64,000 nt of DNA from Terriglobales bacterium (GCA_035606395.1 DATNFK010000045.1:26670-90669), one strand, 5' to 3'. Positions 53,541 through 63,220 are shown, counted from the stretch's first letter. Numbers and translations are program-made. The notes: generated by a model not told the origin, from the letters alone.

Positions 53541-53923
53541 AACCGCAACTCCCCCCCAACTCCGATCCACTCATGAAGCTGCTGGACGAGTGGCAGCCGC
53601 AGCCGGAACTCTCCGCCAACTTTGATCAACACCTGCACCGGCGCATCGCGGCGGCCCAGGCCGCGCCTCCCGCCCGCCGCTGGTCGGCGTGGCTGCAAGC
53701 GGCGATGGCAACCACGTTGCTGTTGATCGTGGGGGCGATGCTCTACTTCGCACCCGGAAGGCAGGCGCCCCGGAACGACAATGCCACCCAAAGCGCGCAG
53801 CTTGACCCAATGGTGCGCGATCTTCAAACTTTGGCGCGGGATGGCGATCTGCTCGATCATCTCGATTTTCTGAGTACATCCTCGGCCACCAGCCAAAGCC
53901 CCACTCCGCAGGAGCGGGATTGA
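53537..53923 (+). CDS. Putative anti-sigma factor (single-pass membrane protein)
   Basis: ATGA overlap with the sigma gene. One TM, WSAWLQAAMATTLLLIVGAMLYF. Assignment is positional. Confidence 0.55.
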   Translation: MKPQLPPNSDPLMKLLDEWQPQPELSANFDQHLHRRIAAAQAAPPARRWSAWLQAAMATTLLLIVGAMLYFAPGRQAPRNDNATQSAQLDPMVRDLQTLARDGDLLDHLDFLSTSSATSQSPTPQERD

Positions 53924-54594
53924 ACCGATTGGCCCAAATTCGCGCTATCGCAGGGGTCATGCTAATGGTGGCGCTTATCGGATGTATGCCTGCCAGCGCG
54001 AGCCATCGCTCTGACGACCATAAGCAAGCCGGGCGTCGAGGCGCGGCTCCGGCCCGCCCGGCGGCGCGGCCCGCAGCGCGCGCGGCCAATCCCAACGCCG
54101 CCGCCAAGCGCGAGCGCGCGGCGGCGAATCGGGAGCCACTTGGCGTGGGTCTGCGGGAGTTGAGTCAGCTTCCACCCGAGCAGCGAGCCCAGCGCTTGAT
54201 GAATGATCCAGCGTTCCAAAAGTTGCCACCGCAGCGGCAGCGGCAAATGCTGAACGCGCTCGACAAGCTCAATGCTATGACCCCTGAGCAGCAGCAGCGC
54301 ATGATCACGCGCCTTCACGATTTGGGCGAGCTCAATCCCGAGCAGCGTCAGGGTCTAGAACAAATCTTCAATCAATTCCAGTCGATGACGCCGGACCGAC
54401 GGCAGGCGTTTAAGGCCGCGTACAATAATTTGCGCCAGCTTCCGCCCGAGCAGCGGGCGATGCGCATGAGCCGACCCCAGTTCCAGGCCCGCTTCTCGCC
54501 GGCCGAGCTCGATTCGCTGCATCGCGCCCTCGACCTGAACCTTCCCGCCGATGTAGTCGGGGCGCGCCCGAATCCCAACCTTCCACCCATTTAG
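53920..54594 (+). CDS. DUF3106-like lipoprotein with PPEQR repeats
   Basis: TTGA overlap with the upstream gene. Lipobox-like LIGC and repeated LPPEQR/QRQ helical motifs. Confidence 0.65.
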   Translation: MNRLAQIRAIAGVMLMVALIGCMPASASHRSDDHKQAGRRGAAPARPAARPAARAANPNAAAKRERAAANREPLGVGLRELSQLPPEQRAQRLMNDPAFQKLPPQRQRQMLNALDKLNAMTPEQQQRMITRLHDLGELNPEQRQGLEQIFNQFQSMTPDRRQAFKAAYNNLRQLPPEQRAMRMSRPQFQARFSPAELDSLHRALDLNLPADVVGARPNPNLPPI

Positions 54595-54632
54595 GACCGG
54601 GCCCAAGATAGGCCTCCGGCATCTCAGGATGG

Positions 54633-55418
54633 ATGGCCCGTCACATCCTCATCGTGGATGATAATCCGACCACGGTGGCACTGGAGGAAGCGCTCCTGAG
54701 CGATGCCGGCCATTACGTTGAGTCCGCGCAGAGCATGCGCGATGCCGCTCATTTGATTGAGCAGCAGCGTTTTGACTGCCTGGTTACCGATCTGAGCATG
54801 AACCAGCCCACGGACGGCTTTGTGCTGGTCGCTCTTTTCAAGCTCGTCAATCCGAACGGCACGGCGGTAGTGAACACCGGTTCCGCCGACATTAGCGCCA
54901 ACCTCTACGACTTCCAGCGAATGATTGACGCCGTGCTGGTCAAACCCGCGGAGAGCGGCGCCCTGCTCAATGTCGTCGAGCAGCCACCCTCCCCCACACG
55001 GCAATCGGGCAAGAAGCGGCTCTCCGACCTGTTGGCCGAGAATAAAGATGGCATCCTTGAAAGTTGGTTTAAGAACGTGGAAGCGGATGCGGCATTGCAG
55101 CGCATTCCCATGGAGAAGCGCGCCCGGCTCGACGAAGTTGCCGGCATAATCAACGCCATTATTAGCCGCATCGCCGAGCCCGCCGGAACGCAAGCCGCGG
55201 TGCAGACGGCTCAGGCCGTGCATGGCGCGGCCCGGCGGCTCTCCGGCTATTCGCCCACCGCCATTTTGATCGAGGTCATGCACCTGCAAAACGCGATCAA
55301 CGAACACATTCAGCGCAATCTGATTTGCGTCAATTTGGGCTCGCTGTGGGACGACATTCTGAACATCAACCGCGCGGTGGAATCATCGATGCTGGAGCTG
55401 CTGCATGAGGCGATGTAA
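54633..55418 (+). CDS. Response regulator (receiver domain + helical C-terminal domain of unknown output)
   Basis: Receiver motifs ILIVDDNP and CLVTDLSM. No DNA-binding motif was recognised in the C-terminal half. Confidence 0.8.
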   Translation: MARHILIVDDNPTTVALEEALLSDAGHYVESAQSMRDAAHLIEQQRFDCLVTDLSMNQPTDGFVLVALFKLVNPNGTAVVNTGSADISANLYDFQRMIDAVLVKPAESGALLNVVEQPPSPTRQSGKKRLSDLLAENKDGILESWFKNVEADAALQRIPMEKRARLDEVAGIINAIISRIAEPAGTQAAVQTAQAVHGAARRLSGYSPTAILIEVMHLQNAINEHIQRNLICVNLGSLWDDILNINRAVESSMLELLHEAM

Positions 55419-55434
55419 GATCCGGCCCGCGCGC

Positions 55435-58203
55435 TTATTCGCCGCGTAGCGCAATGGCGGGATCGATGCGAGTGGCGCGGCGGGCGGGTAAGTAGGCCGC
55501 CAACAACGTCACCGCCACCATGACCAGAGCCGCGGCCGCGAGCGCCGCGGGACTGGTGGGGTCCACCTGATAGAGTTGCGAGGCCACGAGGCGCGAGGCA
55601 GCCAGCGCCAGCAAGAGGCCAGCGGCCACGCCGAGAATGGCGACGCGCAAGGCGGCGCCGAGCACGTTCCCGCGCACGTCGGCGGGCTGGGCGCCGAGAG
55701 CCATACGGATACCGAATTCGATGCCGCGGCGGGCGGTGGAGTAGGCCATGACCGCGTACACGCCAATGGCGGCCAAACCGGTCGCGAGCAGGGCGAAGAC
55801 AATGCACAGCGCGGCAATGAGGCGAGCGTCAAGGCTGAAATCACCGACCATCTGGCGGAGGGTGCGAATATTTTCGATGCCAATGTTGGGATCAACGTCG
55901 GCGATGCGGGCCTGAATCGCGGAACCGATAGCGCCGGGGTCAACGGCGGTTCGAACCACGAGAGAGTTGAGAATGTATTCCTGGTTCTGTCGCTCGGGAA
56001 AAAACGCGGCAGGCAGATCGTTTTCGTCGGGTGAAAAATATTTGGCGTTGCTCACGATACCAACCACGGTGACGTTCCGCCAATTGGCGTTATCACCGAC
56101 GCTGAAGACCTGGCCCAAGGCTGATCCGCGAAACGCCTTTTGAGCCATGGCTTCGTTAATGGCGGCGACGCGGCGGGAGGTGGCGGTGTCGCCATTCTCG
56201 ATTCCGCGGCCGGCGATGAGGCGCATGCGCATGACGGCGAAATAGCCGGGGCCGACGATGTCGAGAATGGTGTGAGGCGGCAGTTGATAATCGGCGCCCC
56301 TGGGGCCGACGTCGGACTGACGCCAACCTCCGCCATCGAACACGGAGAGCGCGAAGCTGGAGGCTTCGACGCCGGGCAGGGAGGAGACACGGGTTTCGAT
56401 GGCTTGTTGGACGGCATTGAGGCGCGCCCCAGGCTGGTAGCCGGCGGCGCGGGCATCGAGTTTGAGCCGCAGGACGTTGTCGGGATCAAAGCCCAGGGGA
56501 ATCGCCAACTGGCGATGCACGCTTTGCAGGAAAAGGGCGGCGCCGGCCAGCAGCACCACCGAAATGGCCACCTGAGCGGCGACGAGTAGGCGAGCGAAGC
56601 GTTGGCTTTCCGAGCCACGGGCTTCGGTTTGCTTGAGCACGGCGCCGGGACTAACGGCAGTAGTTCGCAGGGCGGGCAGAATGCCGAATAGCAGCACGGT
56701 CGCCACCGCCAAACCGAGGGTGAAGCCGAGAACGGTTGCGTCCGGAGACAGATTCAACGGGAGGGTGGCGGAGGCGGGCGAAACCATGGCGAGCAGCAGT
56801 CGACTGACCCACGATGCCAAGGCCAGACCCAGGCCGGCGCCCAAGAGGCTGACCACCAGGCTTTCGACAAGTAGCTGTCGCACCAGCCGGGCTCGAGTGG
56901 CACCGAGGGCGAGGCGAAGGGCCATCTCGCGGCGGCGGCGCGCGGCGCGAGCCAGCAGTAAATTCGCGACGTTGGCGCAGGCGATCAGCAGCACAAGCCC
57001 GACTACGAACATGAGCGTCTGCAAGGGCTGGTCAAACTCCGCGCGTAAACGGGAACGCCCGGTCACGGCGGGAACAAGCGGGACGAAGGCGTGTTGGATG
57101 TCAGCCATGGCATCGGCAGGGGGCGCGGAGCCGAGATAGCCGATCAGAATTTTGCGAAACACGAAGTCGGTGTTGGACTGGGCCCGAGAGACGGAGACGC
57201 CCGGCTTGAGGCGAGCGAGAAGGTGCAACGTCTGATACCAGGGATCCGCCAAGCCACTGCGATCGGGGCTGACCTGGCCCTGCATGGCGAGGGGTATCCA
57301 GAGGTCGGGGGCCTGGCCAACAGTCACGCCGCTGAAGGAGGCAGGAGCGACGCCGACGATGGTATAGACGGTGCCATTGAGGGCGACGGTGCGCGGCGTG
57401 AAGGCGGCGCCCCCACCATGGTCGCGCCACCAGCCGGCACGCGCCACGGCCACGGGGTGGGCACCAGGAGTCACGTCGTCGCCGGGGCCGAGCAAGCGCC
57501 CGTAGGCGGTGGTGAGACCCAACGTGGGGAAATAGGAGCCCGAAACCAGCTCGACCTTTAAGGGAACAAGCTCGGGATCGCCGCCCACGCGACCGTGGGT
57601 TTCGACCAGGTAGCTGAGGATCGCCGCTACGTCACTAAATACGGCGGTGCGTTGATGAAAATCGCGGAAGAAGCGGTAAGAGAATGCCTGAGTCGCTCCG
57701 TCCGGGTAGCTCTCGGTGTCGCCTTCGACGTGCGCGGCACCGAGAAACACCAACTGTTGCGGTTGGAGCACCGGCAGTGGGCGCATCATGAGGGCGTTTA
57801 GCAGGCTGAATACAGCGGTGTTGGCGCCAATCCCGAGGGCCAGCATCAGCACGGCGGCGACCGCGAAGCCGGGTGCTTGCCGCAGTTGGCGCAAAGCCAA
57901 ACCGCCATCGCGCCGCCATTCCGCGAGCCATCGCAGCGGAGGCAGGCGCAGGCGCTCGGGCGGGCGCGGCTGGGGCGCCGGGGCGCCGAGGGCGGCCCGC
58001 AACTCGCCGGCGAGCCGGGGCCAAGGGCGGGCAGCGGTCTGGACCTTTTGCCAGGCCGCATCGGGGCTCATGCCGGCGCGGAGGAGACGCTCATAGGCTT
58101 CCTGAAACTCGAGCGCCAGTTCTTCGATGATTTCGGCCTGGCGCGCGTCGGGGCCGCCGAGCGCGGGCATGTGATCGCGAACGTATTGTTTGAAATCAGG
58201 CAT
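55435..58203 (-). CDS. ADOP-family duplicated MacB/FtsX-type ABC transporter permease
   Basis: About 920 aa with two MacB_PCD/FtsX units and an N-terminal prefix MPDFKQYVRDHMPALGG. ATG 58203 overlaps the PadR stop (ATGCCTGA). Confidence 0.85.
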   Translation of the reverse strand: MPDFKQYVRDHMPALGGPDARQAEIIEELALEFQEAYERLLRAGMSPDAAWQKVQTAARPWPRLAGELRAALGAPAPQPRPPERLRLPPLRWLAEWRRDGGLALRQLRQAPGFAVAAVLMLALGIGANTAVFSLLNALMMRPLPVLQPQQLVFLGAAHVEGDTESYPDGATQAFSYRFFRDFHQRTAVFSDVAAILSYLVETHGRVGGDPELVPLKVELVSGSYFPTLGLTTAYGRLLGPGDDVTPGAHPVAVARAGWWRDHGGGAAFTPRTVALNGTVYTIVGVAPASFSGVTVGQAPDLWIPLAMQGQVSPDRSGLADPWYQTLHLLARLKPGVSVSRAQSNTDFVFRKILIGYLGSAPPADAMADIQHAFVPLVPAVTGRSRLRAEFDQPLQTLMFVVGLVLLIACANVANLLLARAARRRREMALRLALGATRARLVRQLLVESLVVSLLGAGLGLALASWVSRLLLAMVSPASATLPLNLSPDATVLGFTLGLAVATVLLFGILPALRTTAVSPGAVLKQTEARGSESQRFARLLVAAQVAISVVLLAGAALFLQSVHRQLAIPLGFDPDNVLRLKLDARAAGYQPGARLNAVQQAIETRVSSLPGVEASSFALSVFDGGGWRQSDVGPRGADYQLPPHTILDIVGPGYFAVMRMRLIAGRGIENGDTATSRRVAAINEAMAQKAFRGSALGQVFSVGDNANWRNVTVVGIVSNAKYFSPDENDLPAAFFPERQNQEYILNSLVVRTAVDPGAIGSAIQARIADVDPNIGIENIRTLRQMVGDFSLDARLIAALCIVFALLATGLAAIGVYAVMAYSTARRGIEFGIRMALGAQPADVRGNVLGAALRVAILGVAAGLLLALAASRLVASQLYQVDPTSPAALAAAALVMVAVTLLAAYLPARRATRIDPAIALRGE

Positions 58204-58528
58204 GTTCCACCCCGGCGGCGCGATGGAGAGCGCCGACAAATTCGTGCCAATCGCGGCGTTGTTGGCGCAGGACGCGACGCCCGTCCGGCGTCAGGCGGTA
58301 GTAGCGGCGGCGGCGCTGGCCGGGCATCTCCACCCAGCGTCCGGCGATCCAGCCCTGGCGCTCGAGGCGGTAAAGAACCGGATACAGGGACGCGATCTGG
58401 AAGGTAACGGCGCCGCCGGAGCGGCGCTCGATCTCCTGGCCGATCTCGTAGCCGTGGCGGGGGCGGCCTTCAAGCTGGGCCAAGACCAAAAGTTCCGCGC
58501 TGCCTTTCTTGCGGGCGTTGTCATCCAT
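58196..58528 (-). CDS. PadR-family transcriptional regulator
   Basis: Winged-helix blocks LLVLAQLEGRPRHGYEIGQEI and YPVLYRLERQGWI. Start set to ATG 58528 (MDDNARKKG). Confidence 0.85.
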   Translation of the reverse strand: MDDNARKKGSAELLVLAQLEGRPRHGYEIGQEIERRSGGAVTFQIASLYPVLYRLERQGWIAGRWVEMPGQRRRRYYRLTPDGRRVLRQQRRDWHEFVGALHRAAGVEHA

Positions 58529-58540
58529 AACGCTTGCTCC

Positions 58541-58565
58541 TATATAGCTCAGTGCAATATATAGC
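58541..58565. promoter_or_regulatory. Direct repeat TATATAGC-N9-TATATAGC in the padR/MFS divergent region (candidate operator and/or -10 boxes)
   Basis: Copies at 58541..58548 and 58558..58565, starting 13 nt upstream of the padR ATG. This is the only AT-rich patch in the 105-nt intergenic region. Confidence 0.35.
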
Positions 58566-58633
58566 ATACCCGATTGGAAGACGGGGTCAAAAGCGCGCGG
58601 CGAGGCTCCCCCGTGCCGTGATAGTCTCGCTAC

Positions 58634-59827
58634 GTGACCACGGCCACTCTTGCCACGCGCGCCAATCAACGCAACGCCGTACTGGCCGGTTTTTTGGGCT
58701 GGACGCTGGACGCCTTCGACTTCTTCGTTCTGGTGTTCGTGCTGGGCCCGGTGGCGCACGACTTCGGGCGCTCGCTACCCGCCATTGCGCTCACGATCAC
58801 GGCCAGTCTGGCCATGCGTCCAGTGGGAGCCTTCATCTTCGGCCTGCTCGCCGACCGCTACGGACGCCGCAAGCTGCTCATCTGGAATATTCTTTTTTAT
58901 TCACTGATTGAAGTACTTTCCGGGCTGGCGCCGAGTTACGGCGTGTTTCTTTTTTTGCGCCTGCTGTACGGTGTCGGCATGGGGGGGGAGTGGGGCGTAG
59001 GTGCGTCGCTGGCACTCGAATCGGTACCGGCGCGGCTGCGCGGCTTGCTCTCGGGACTGCTGCAGGAAGGATACGCGCTGGGCAACATTCTCGCCGCCGT
59101 CGCCTACTTCACCATCTTTCCCCATTATGGCTGGCGCATGCTTTTCTTTGTCGGCGGACTGCCGGGACTGCTCTCGCTTTTCGTTCTTGTCAAGGTCAAG
59201 GAAACCGAGGCCTGGCACAAGGCACGCAGCGATTGGCACAGCTACAAGAAGGCCATCGTCGATAACCGGCGCCTATTCGCCTACCTGGTCGGGCTGATGG
59301 CAATGATGAACCTGATTTCGCACGGCACGCAGGACATGTACCCGACCTTCCTGCGCCTGCAGCGGGGCTACAGCGTTCACGGCACCGCCATCATTAATAT
59401 CGTCGCCATGACGGGCGCCATTATCGGCGGCCTTACGGTGGGACATCTGTCGGAGCGACTGGGCCGGAAGCGCGCCATGATCGCCGCCGTGCTGCTGGCG
59501 GTGCTGACAATACCACTCTGGATCGAGGGCTCGACTACGGCACTAATCGTGATCGGCGCCTTCCTGATGCAGTTCATGGTGCAGGGCGCGTGGGGCGTCA
59601 TTCCAGCGCACTTGAACGAACTCTCGCCGGCTCCGCTGCGCGGCTTCTTTCCCGGCTTCGCTTACCAACTCGGGGTGCTCATCGCATCTTCGGTCGGCTA
59701 CATCGAGGCGGTGCTGGCGCAACACGCGAGCTATGCGGCGGCGATGGGGACGCTGGCGACGATCGTGCTCCTGGTGGGAGCCGCGGTCATCGCCATGGGC
59801 CCGGAATCAAAAGGTATTGCCTTCTAG
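58634..59827 (+). CDS. MFS transporter
   Basis: 397 aa, 12-TM pattern, MFS loop motif RPVGAFIFGLLADRYGRRK. GTG start. Confidence 0.85.
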   Translation: MTTATLATRANQRNAVLAGFLGWTLDAFDFFVLVFVLGPVAHDFGRSLPAIALTITASLAMRPVGAFIFGLLADRYGRRKLLIWNILFYSLIEVLSGLAPSYGVFLFLRLLYGVGMGGEWGVGASLALESVPARLRGLLSGLLQEGYALGNILAAVAYFTIFPHYGWRMLFFVGGLPGLLSLFVLVKVKETEAWHKARSDWHSYKKAIVDNRRLFAYLVGLMAMMNLISHGTQDMYPTFLRLQRGYSVHGTAIINIVAMTGAIIGGLTVGHLSERLGRKRAMIAAVLLAVLTIPLWIEGSTTALIVIGAFLMQFMVQGAWGVIPAHLNELSPAPLRGFFPGFAYQLGVLIASSVGYIEAVLAQHASYAAAMGTLATIVLLVGAAVIAMGPESKGIAF

Positions 59828-60877
59828 TTAGCGGATGTGGATAGGCCGGTCGAGCGTGATGGTGATCGGCGTGCCAGGTTGCAGATCGAGGTTGCCATTG
59901 CGGTTGGCCAGGACCAAGCCCAAGCCGCCGCCAACGATGGCGCCGATTCCCGCGCCCTTACCGCCGCCGGCGAGCGCGCCGACAATGGCTCCAACCACGC
60001 CGCCCGCGGCGGCGGTGCCGACCGCATTGCGAGTCTGGGATCGTTCCACGCCGCCCTCATTGGTGGTGGTGGGTTGACCAGTGATGGCTCCGCCAAAGCT
60101 CTGATTAGGGTTGACCTGACTGACCTCGGCACGGAGCGGGAGCCTGGTGCCATCGGGGAGTACGAGCGACTGGAAATTTAACTGCAGTTGGGAATTACCC
60201 GATACCGATCCGCTGCGCTCGACCGAGGCGACGGTACCTTGCACGGTGCTGCCGTCGGGCACGAGCAGGGTTTGGCCATCGGGCGCATAGACGGGGTCGG
60301 TCACGCTGGCGCTGAAGGTGTCACCCTGTTCGCTGCTGCGGGTACTCAACGTATTATTGAGCCGAAGGTGCAGCGCGGTGCCGGCCGGCAACACGTCACT
60401 CGCGCCATAGCTACGACGGCTGGGTTGGGCGTTGGGTTGCGCGCCGTAGCCGTAGTCATTCTGGTCCCTGCGCTGCGCATTACGCTGGGCGCCATCGTAG
60501 TCTCGTTGGCGGTGCGTGTCGGCATTCGCCGCACGTCCATAAAAGCCGTCGTCATACCCGGATTCATATCCGGTGCGGTAAGCCATTTGGTAGCTCCGCC
60601 GGTCGAGACCGGATTCGCCCCGCTGGTCGGCGGCATCCCGATAGGCCCGATGATCCTGGAAGTTGTAGGTCGACTGGTTGCGATAATCGCTCACTCCGTC
60701 GCGGTAGCCGGCGTTATAGCCAGCACTGCGAACGGCGCGCGCCTGCCGCGTCAGGTTCTGGTTCTGAGCCTGATCCTGATTGGGATACTGATTTTGACCT
60801 TGATACCCGGTCTGCGCTCCCGCAGCCAGGCCGCACGCCAAAGCCAACATTAATCCGAGTTGCAAACGCATGGACAC
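59828..60877 (-). CDS. Secreted low-complexity (Y/D/R/Q/N-rich) protein with C-terminal glycine-zipper segment
   Basis: Signal peptide MSMRLQLGLMLALACGLAAGAQ and glycine zipper GGVVGAIVGALAGGGKGAGIGAIVGGGLGLVLA. No family named. Confidence 0.65.
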   Translation of the reverse strand: MSMRLQLGLMLALACGLAAGAQTGYQGQNQYPNQDQAQNQNLTRQARAVRSAGYNAGYRDGVSDYRNQSTYNFQDHRAYRDAADQRGESGLDRRSYQMAYRTGYESGYDDGFYGRAANADTHRQRDYDGAQRNAQRRDQNDYGYGAQPNAQPSRRSYGASDVLPAGTALHLRLNNTLSTRSSEQGDTFSASVTDPVYAPDGQTLLVPDGSTVQGTVASVERSGSVSGNSQLQLNFQSLVLPDGTRLPLRAEVSQVNPNQSFGGAITGQPTTTNEGGVERSQTRNAVGTAAAGGVVGAIVGALAGGGKGAGIGAIVGGGLGLVLANRNGNLDLQPGTPITITLDRPIHIR

Positions 60878-60894
60878 CTCCGCACTTACATAAG

Positions 60895-62610
60895 TTGGAT
60901 GCCATCATTTCGACCCGCGTTTGCATTCCCACTACACTAGAAAGGTTGCCTTTCGAAGCGCCCAATACCGACCCCCGCACACCCGTTTCCGCCACTCCCG
61001 GCGGGTGGGCGCCACTTTCCATCCCCGTATTTCGCGACCGCTTCGTGGCCGCCACCATATCGAGCGTGGGCACGTGGATGCAGGACACGGCCGGCACCTG
61101 GCTGATGACGGTGCTCACGACCTCGCCGCTGCTGATCGCGCTGATGCAGACAGCGGCCAGCCTGCCGGTACTCTTTCTGGGGCTGCTTGCGGGCGCAACC
61201 GCCGACATTTTTGACCGCCGCAAACTGCTGCTGCTCTGGCAGATCTGGATGCTGGTCAGCGTTGGCGTACTCGCCACGCTCACCTTTGCCGGTTTGACTT
61301 CGGCCTGGGTGCTGCTCGGCTTCACATTCCTGCTCAATATCGGTTCGGCCATGAACAACCCGGCGTGGCAGGCGATCATTCCCGAGCTGGTGCCGGCCGA
61401 ACTGATCCCCGACTCGGTCACGCTCAACGCGGCGAGCAACAATCTGGCGCGCGCGGTCGGGCCGGCGCTCGGCGGACTGACGGTGGCCGCCTTTCAGCGC
61501 GTTGTCACTGGCGCCGGCACGGTTTTTCTGCTGAATGCAATTTCCTACGCGGCGGTGATCTGGGTGTTGTGGAACTGGAAGCGCACGGCGCTGTTCCGCT
61601 CGGCGCTGCCGGCGGAGCGCATCGCCGGCTCAATCCGCTCCGGGCTGAGGTATGTCCGCTATGCGCCGACGGTGCAGGCAGCGCTGATCCAGGCGTTTTC
61701 GTTCACGTTTTTTGTCGCCGCGATTTGGTCGCTGCTGGCGGTGGTGGCGCACAATGATTTGCATCAAGGCGCGCTCGGCTATGGCGTTCTCAATGGATCG
61801 CTGGGTTTGGGCGCGCTGATTGCCGCCACCACGCTGCCGCGCCTTCGACGGCGTTTCTCGCAGGAGGCGATTGTAGCGGTTTCGACCGCATGGATTATCG
61901 CCGGGCTGCTCATCCTGGGTCTGGTGCCGCTGCCTTCGGTGGTGATCCCAAGCCTCATTCTCTCCGGCTTTGCCTGGACCAGCACCATGTCGAGCTTCAA
62001 TATCGCGGTACAACTCGCGGTGCCACCGTGGGTGCAGGCGCGCGCCATGGGAGCGTACCTGATGTGCTTCCAAGGCGGCCTGGCGCTGGGATCGGTGTTG
62101 TGGGGCGCCATCGCCGAGCGCGCGTCGACCGCGGCGGCGTTCATGGTTGCGGCCGCGGCACTGGCGCTCAGTTACCCGATTACGCGCCGCTTCCGGCTGC
62201 CGCAGGGCGCGCCGCCGGACCATACGCCCCGTCCGGCACGGCCGGCGCCGCAGCCGGCGTTCGACGCCGGGCTGGATGAGGACCCGAGCCGCGCCGGTCC
62301 GGTGCGAGTCACCATTGTTTATCGCGTTCCCGTGGAAAACTATGCGGCATTCACCCACGCCATCCACGAACTTCGCGGCGTGCGCCTGCGCGACGGCGCG
62401 GTGCGCTGGGGAATATTCCGCGACGTCGCCGACCCTGAATCGCTGAGTGAGACGTTCATCATGGAATCGTGGCTTGATTATTTGCGGGTGCGGGAGCACT
62501 TAACGCTGGAGGACGAACGCATCCGGGCGCGCGTGCTGGCGCTGCACAGCGACGGCGGGGCGCCACCCAAGGCCACGCACCAGATCTACGCCCGCGAAAT
62601 CGCCGAGTGA
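60895..62610 (+). CDS. MFS transporter (MFS_3/EntS-like) fused to a C-terminal alpha+beta (ABM-like) domain
   Basis: N-terminal FRDRFVAATISSVGTWMQDTAGTWLM and a 12-TM body, followed by a soluble tail of about 104 aa. Start is TTG 60895 or TTG 60946. Confidence 0.8.
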   Translation: MDAIISTRVCIPTTLERLPFEAPNTDPRTPVSATPGGWAPLSIPVFRDRFVAATISSVGTWMQDTAGTWLMTVLTTSPLLIALMQTAASLPVLFLGLLAGATADIFDRRKLLLLWQIWMLVSVGVLATLTFAGLTSAWVLLGFTFLLNIGSAMNNPAWQAIIPELVPAELIPDSVTLNAASNNLARAVGPALGGLTVAAFQRVVTGAGTVFLLNAISYAAVIWVLWNWKRTALFRSALPAERIAGSIRSGLRYVRYAPTVQAALIQAFSFTFFVAAIWSLLAVVAHNDLHQGALGYGVLNGSLGLGALIAATTLPRLRRRFSQEAIVAVSTAWIIAGLLILGLVPLPSVVIPSLILSGFAWTSTMSSFNIAVQLAVPPWVQARAMGAYLMCFQGGLALGSVLWGAIAERASTAAAFMVAAAALALSYPITRRFRLPQGAPPDHTPRPARPAPQPAFDAGLDEDPSRAGPVRVTIVYRVPVENYAAFTHAIHELRGVRLRDGAVRWGIFRDVADPESLSETFIMESWLDYLRVREHLTLEDERIRARVLALHSDGGAPPKATHQIYAREIAE

Positions 62611-62713
62611 TCGGCGCGGGCTGGCATTTAGGGGCGCGGAGCGCGGCCGGTAGCGATATTATGCCCTCCGGTAGAACCGCCAGTTGATTTGAGGCCAAGC
62701 TCTGTGTTTCGCC

Positions 62714-63094
62714 TCAAGCCTCGACCACAAGGTCGATCTCAACGCAAGCCCCCAGCGGCAGCGCGGCCACCCCAATCGCGGTGCGCGCCGGGAAGGGTGC
62801 ACGAAAATGCTTTGTGTAGATGCCATTCATGGCAACATAGTCGCTCATGTTGGTGAGAAACACGCGCGCGCAAGCAACGTCATCGAAGCTCTTGCCGGCT
62901 GCCTTGAGAACCGCTGCGAGATTCCGAAAGATACGCTCTGTTTCGGCCACAATACCTCCGTCGACCACCTTGCCGGTCGCCGGGTCTTGGCCGACCTGGC
63001 CGCTGAAGTAGATGAAACCGCCGACTTTGACCGCCTGGGAAAATGGGCCAACCGGTGGGGCGAGTTCCGCAGAGGTAATTGCCGTTTTGCTCAT
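62714..63094 (-). CDS. ridA: RidA/YjgF-family reactive intermediate deaminase
   Basis: 126 aa with motif FIYFSGQVGQDPATGK and a conserved C-terminal half. Confidence 0.9.
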   Translation of the reverse strand: MSKTAITSAELAPPVGPFSQAVKVGGFIYFSGQVGQDPATGKVVDGGIVAETERIFRNLAAVLKAAGKSFDDVACARVFLTNMSDYVAMNGIYTKHFRAPFPARTAIGVAALPLGACVEIDLVVEA

Positions 63095-63220
63095 AGCGCA
63101 CTCCTGTAGCTACTTCCGTAGCCGATCAATCTCCATCAACCTACGAATCCCCTCTAGTATCGCTGGACCGCTAACATTCAGCACGTTCATTATTGTCACT
63201 ACGATGCTTCCTACTCCGCA

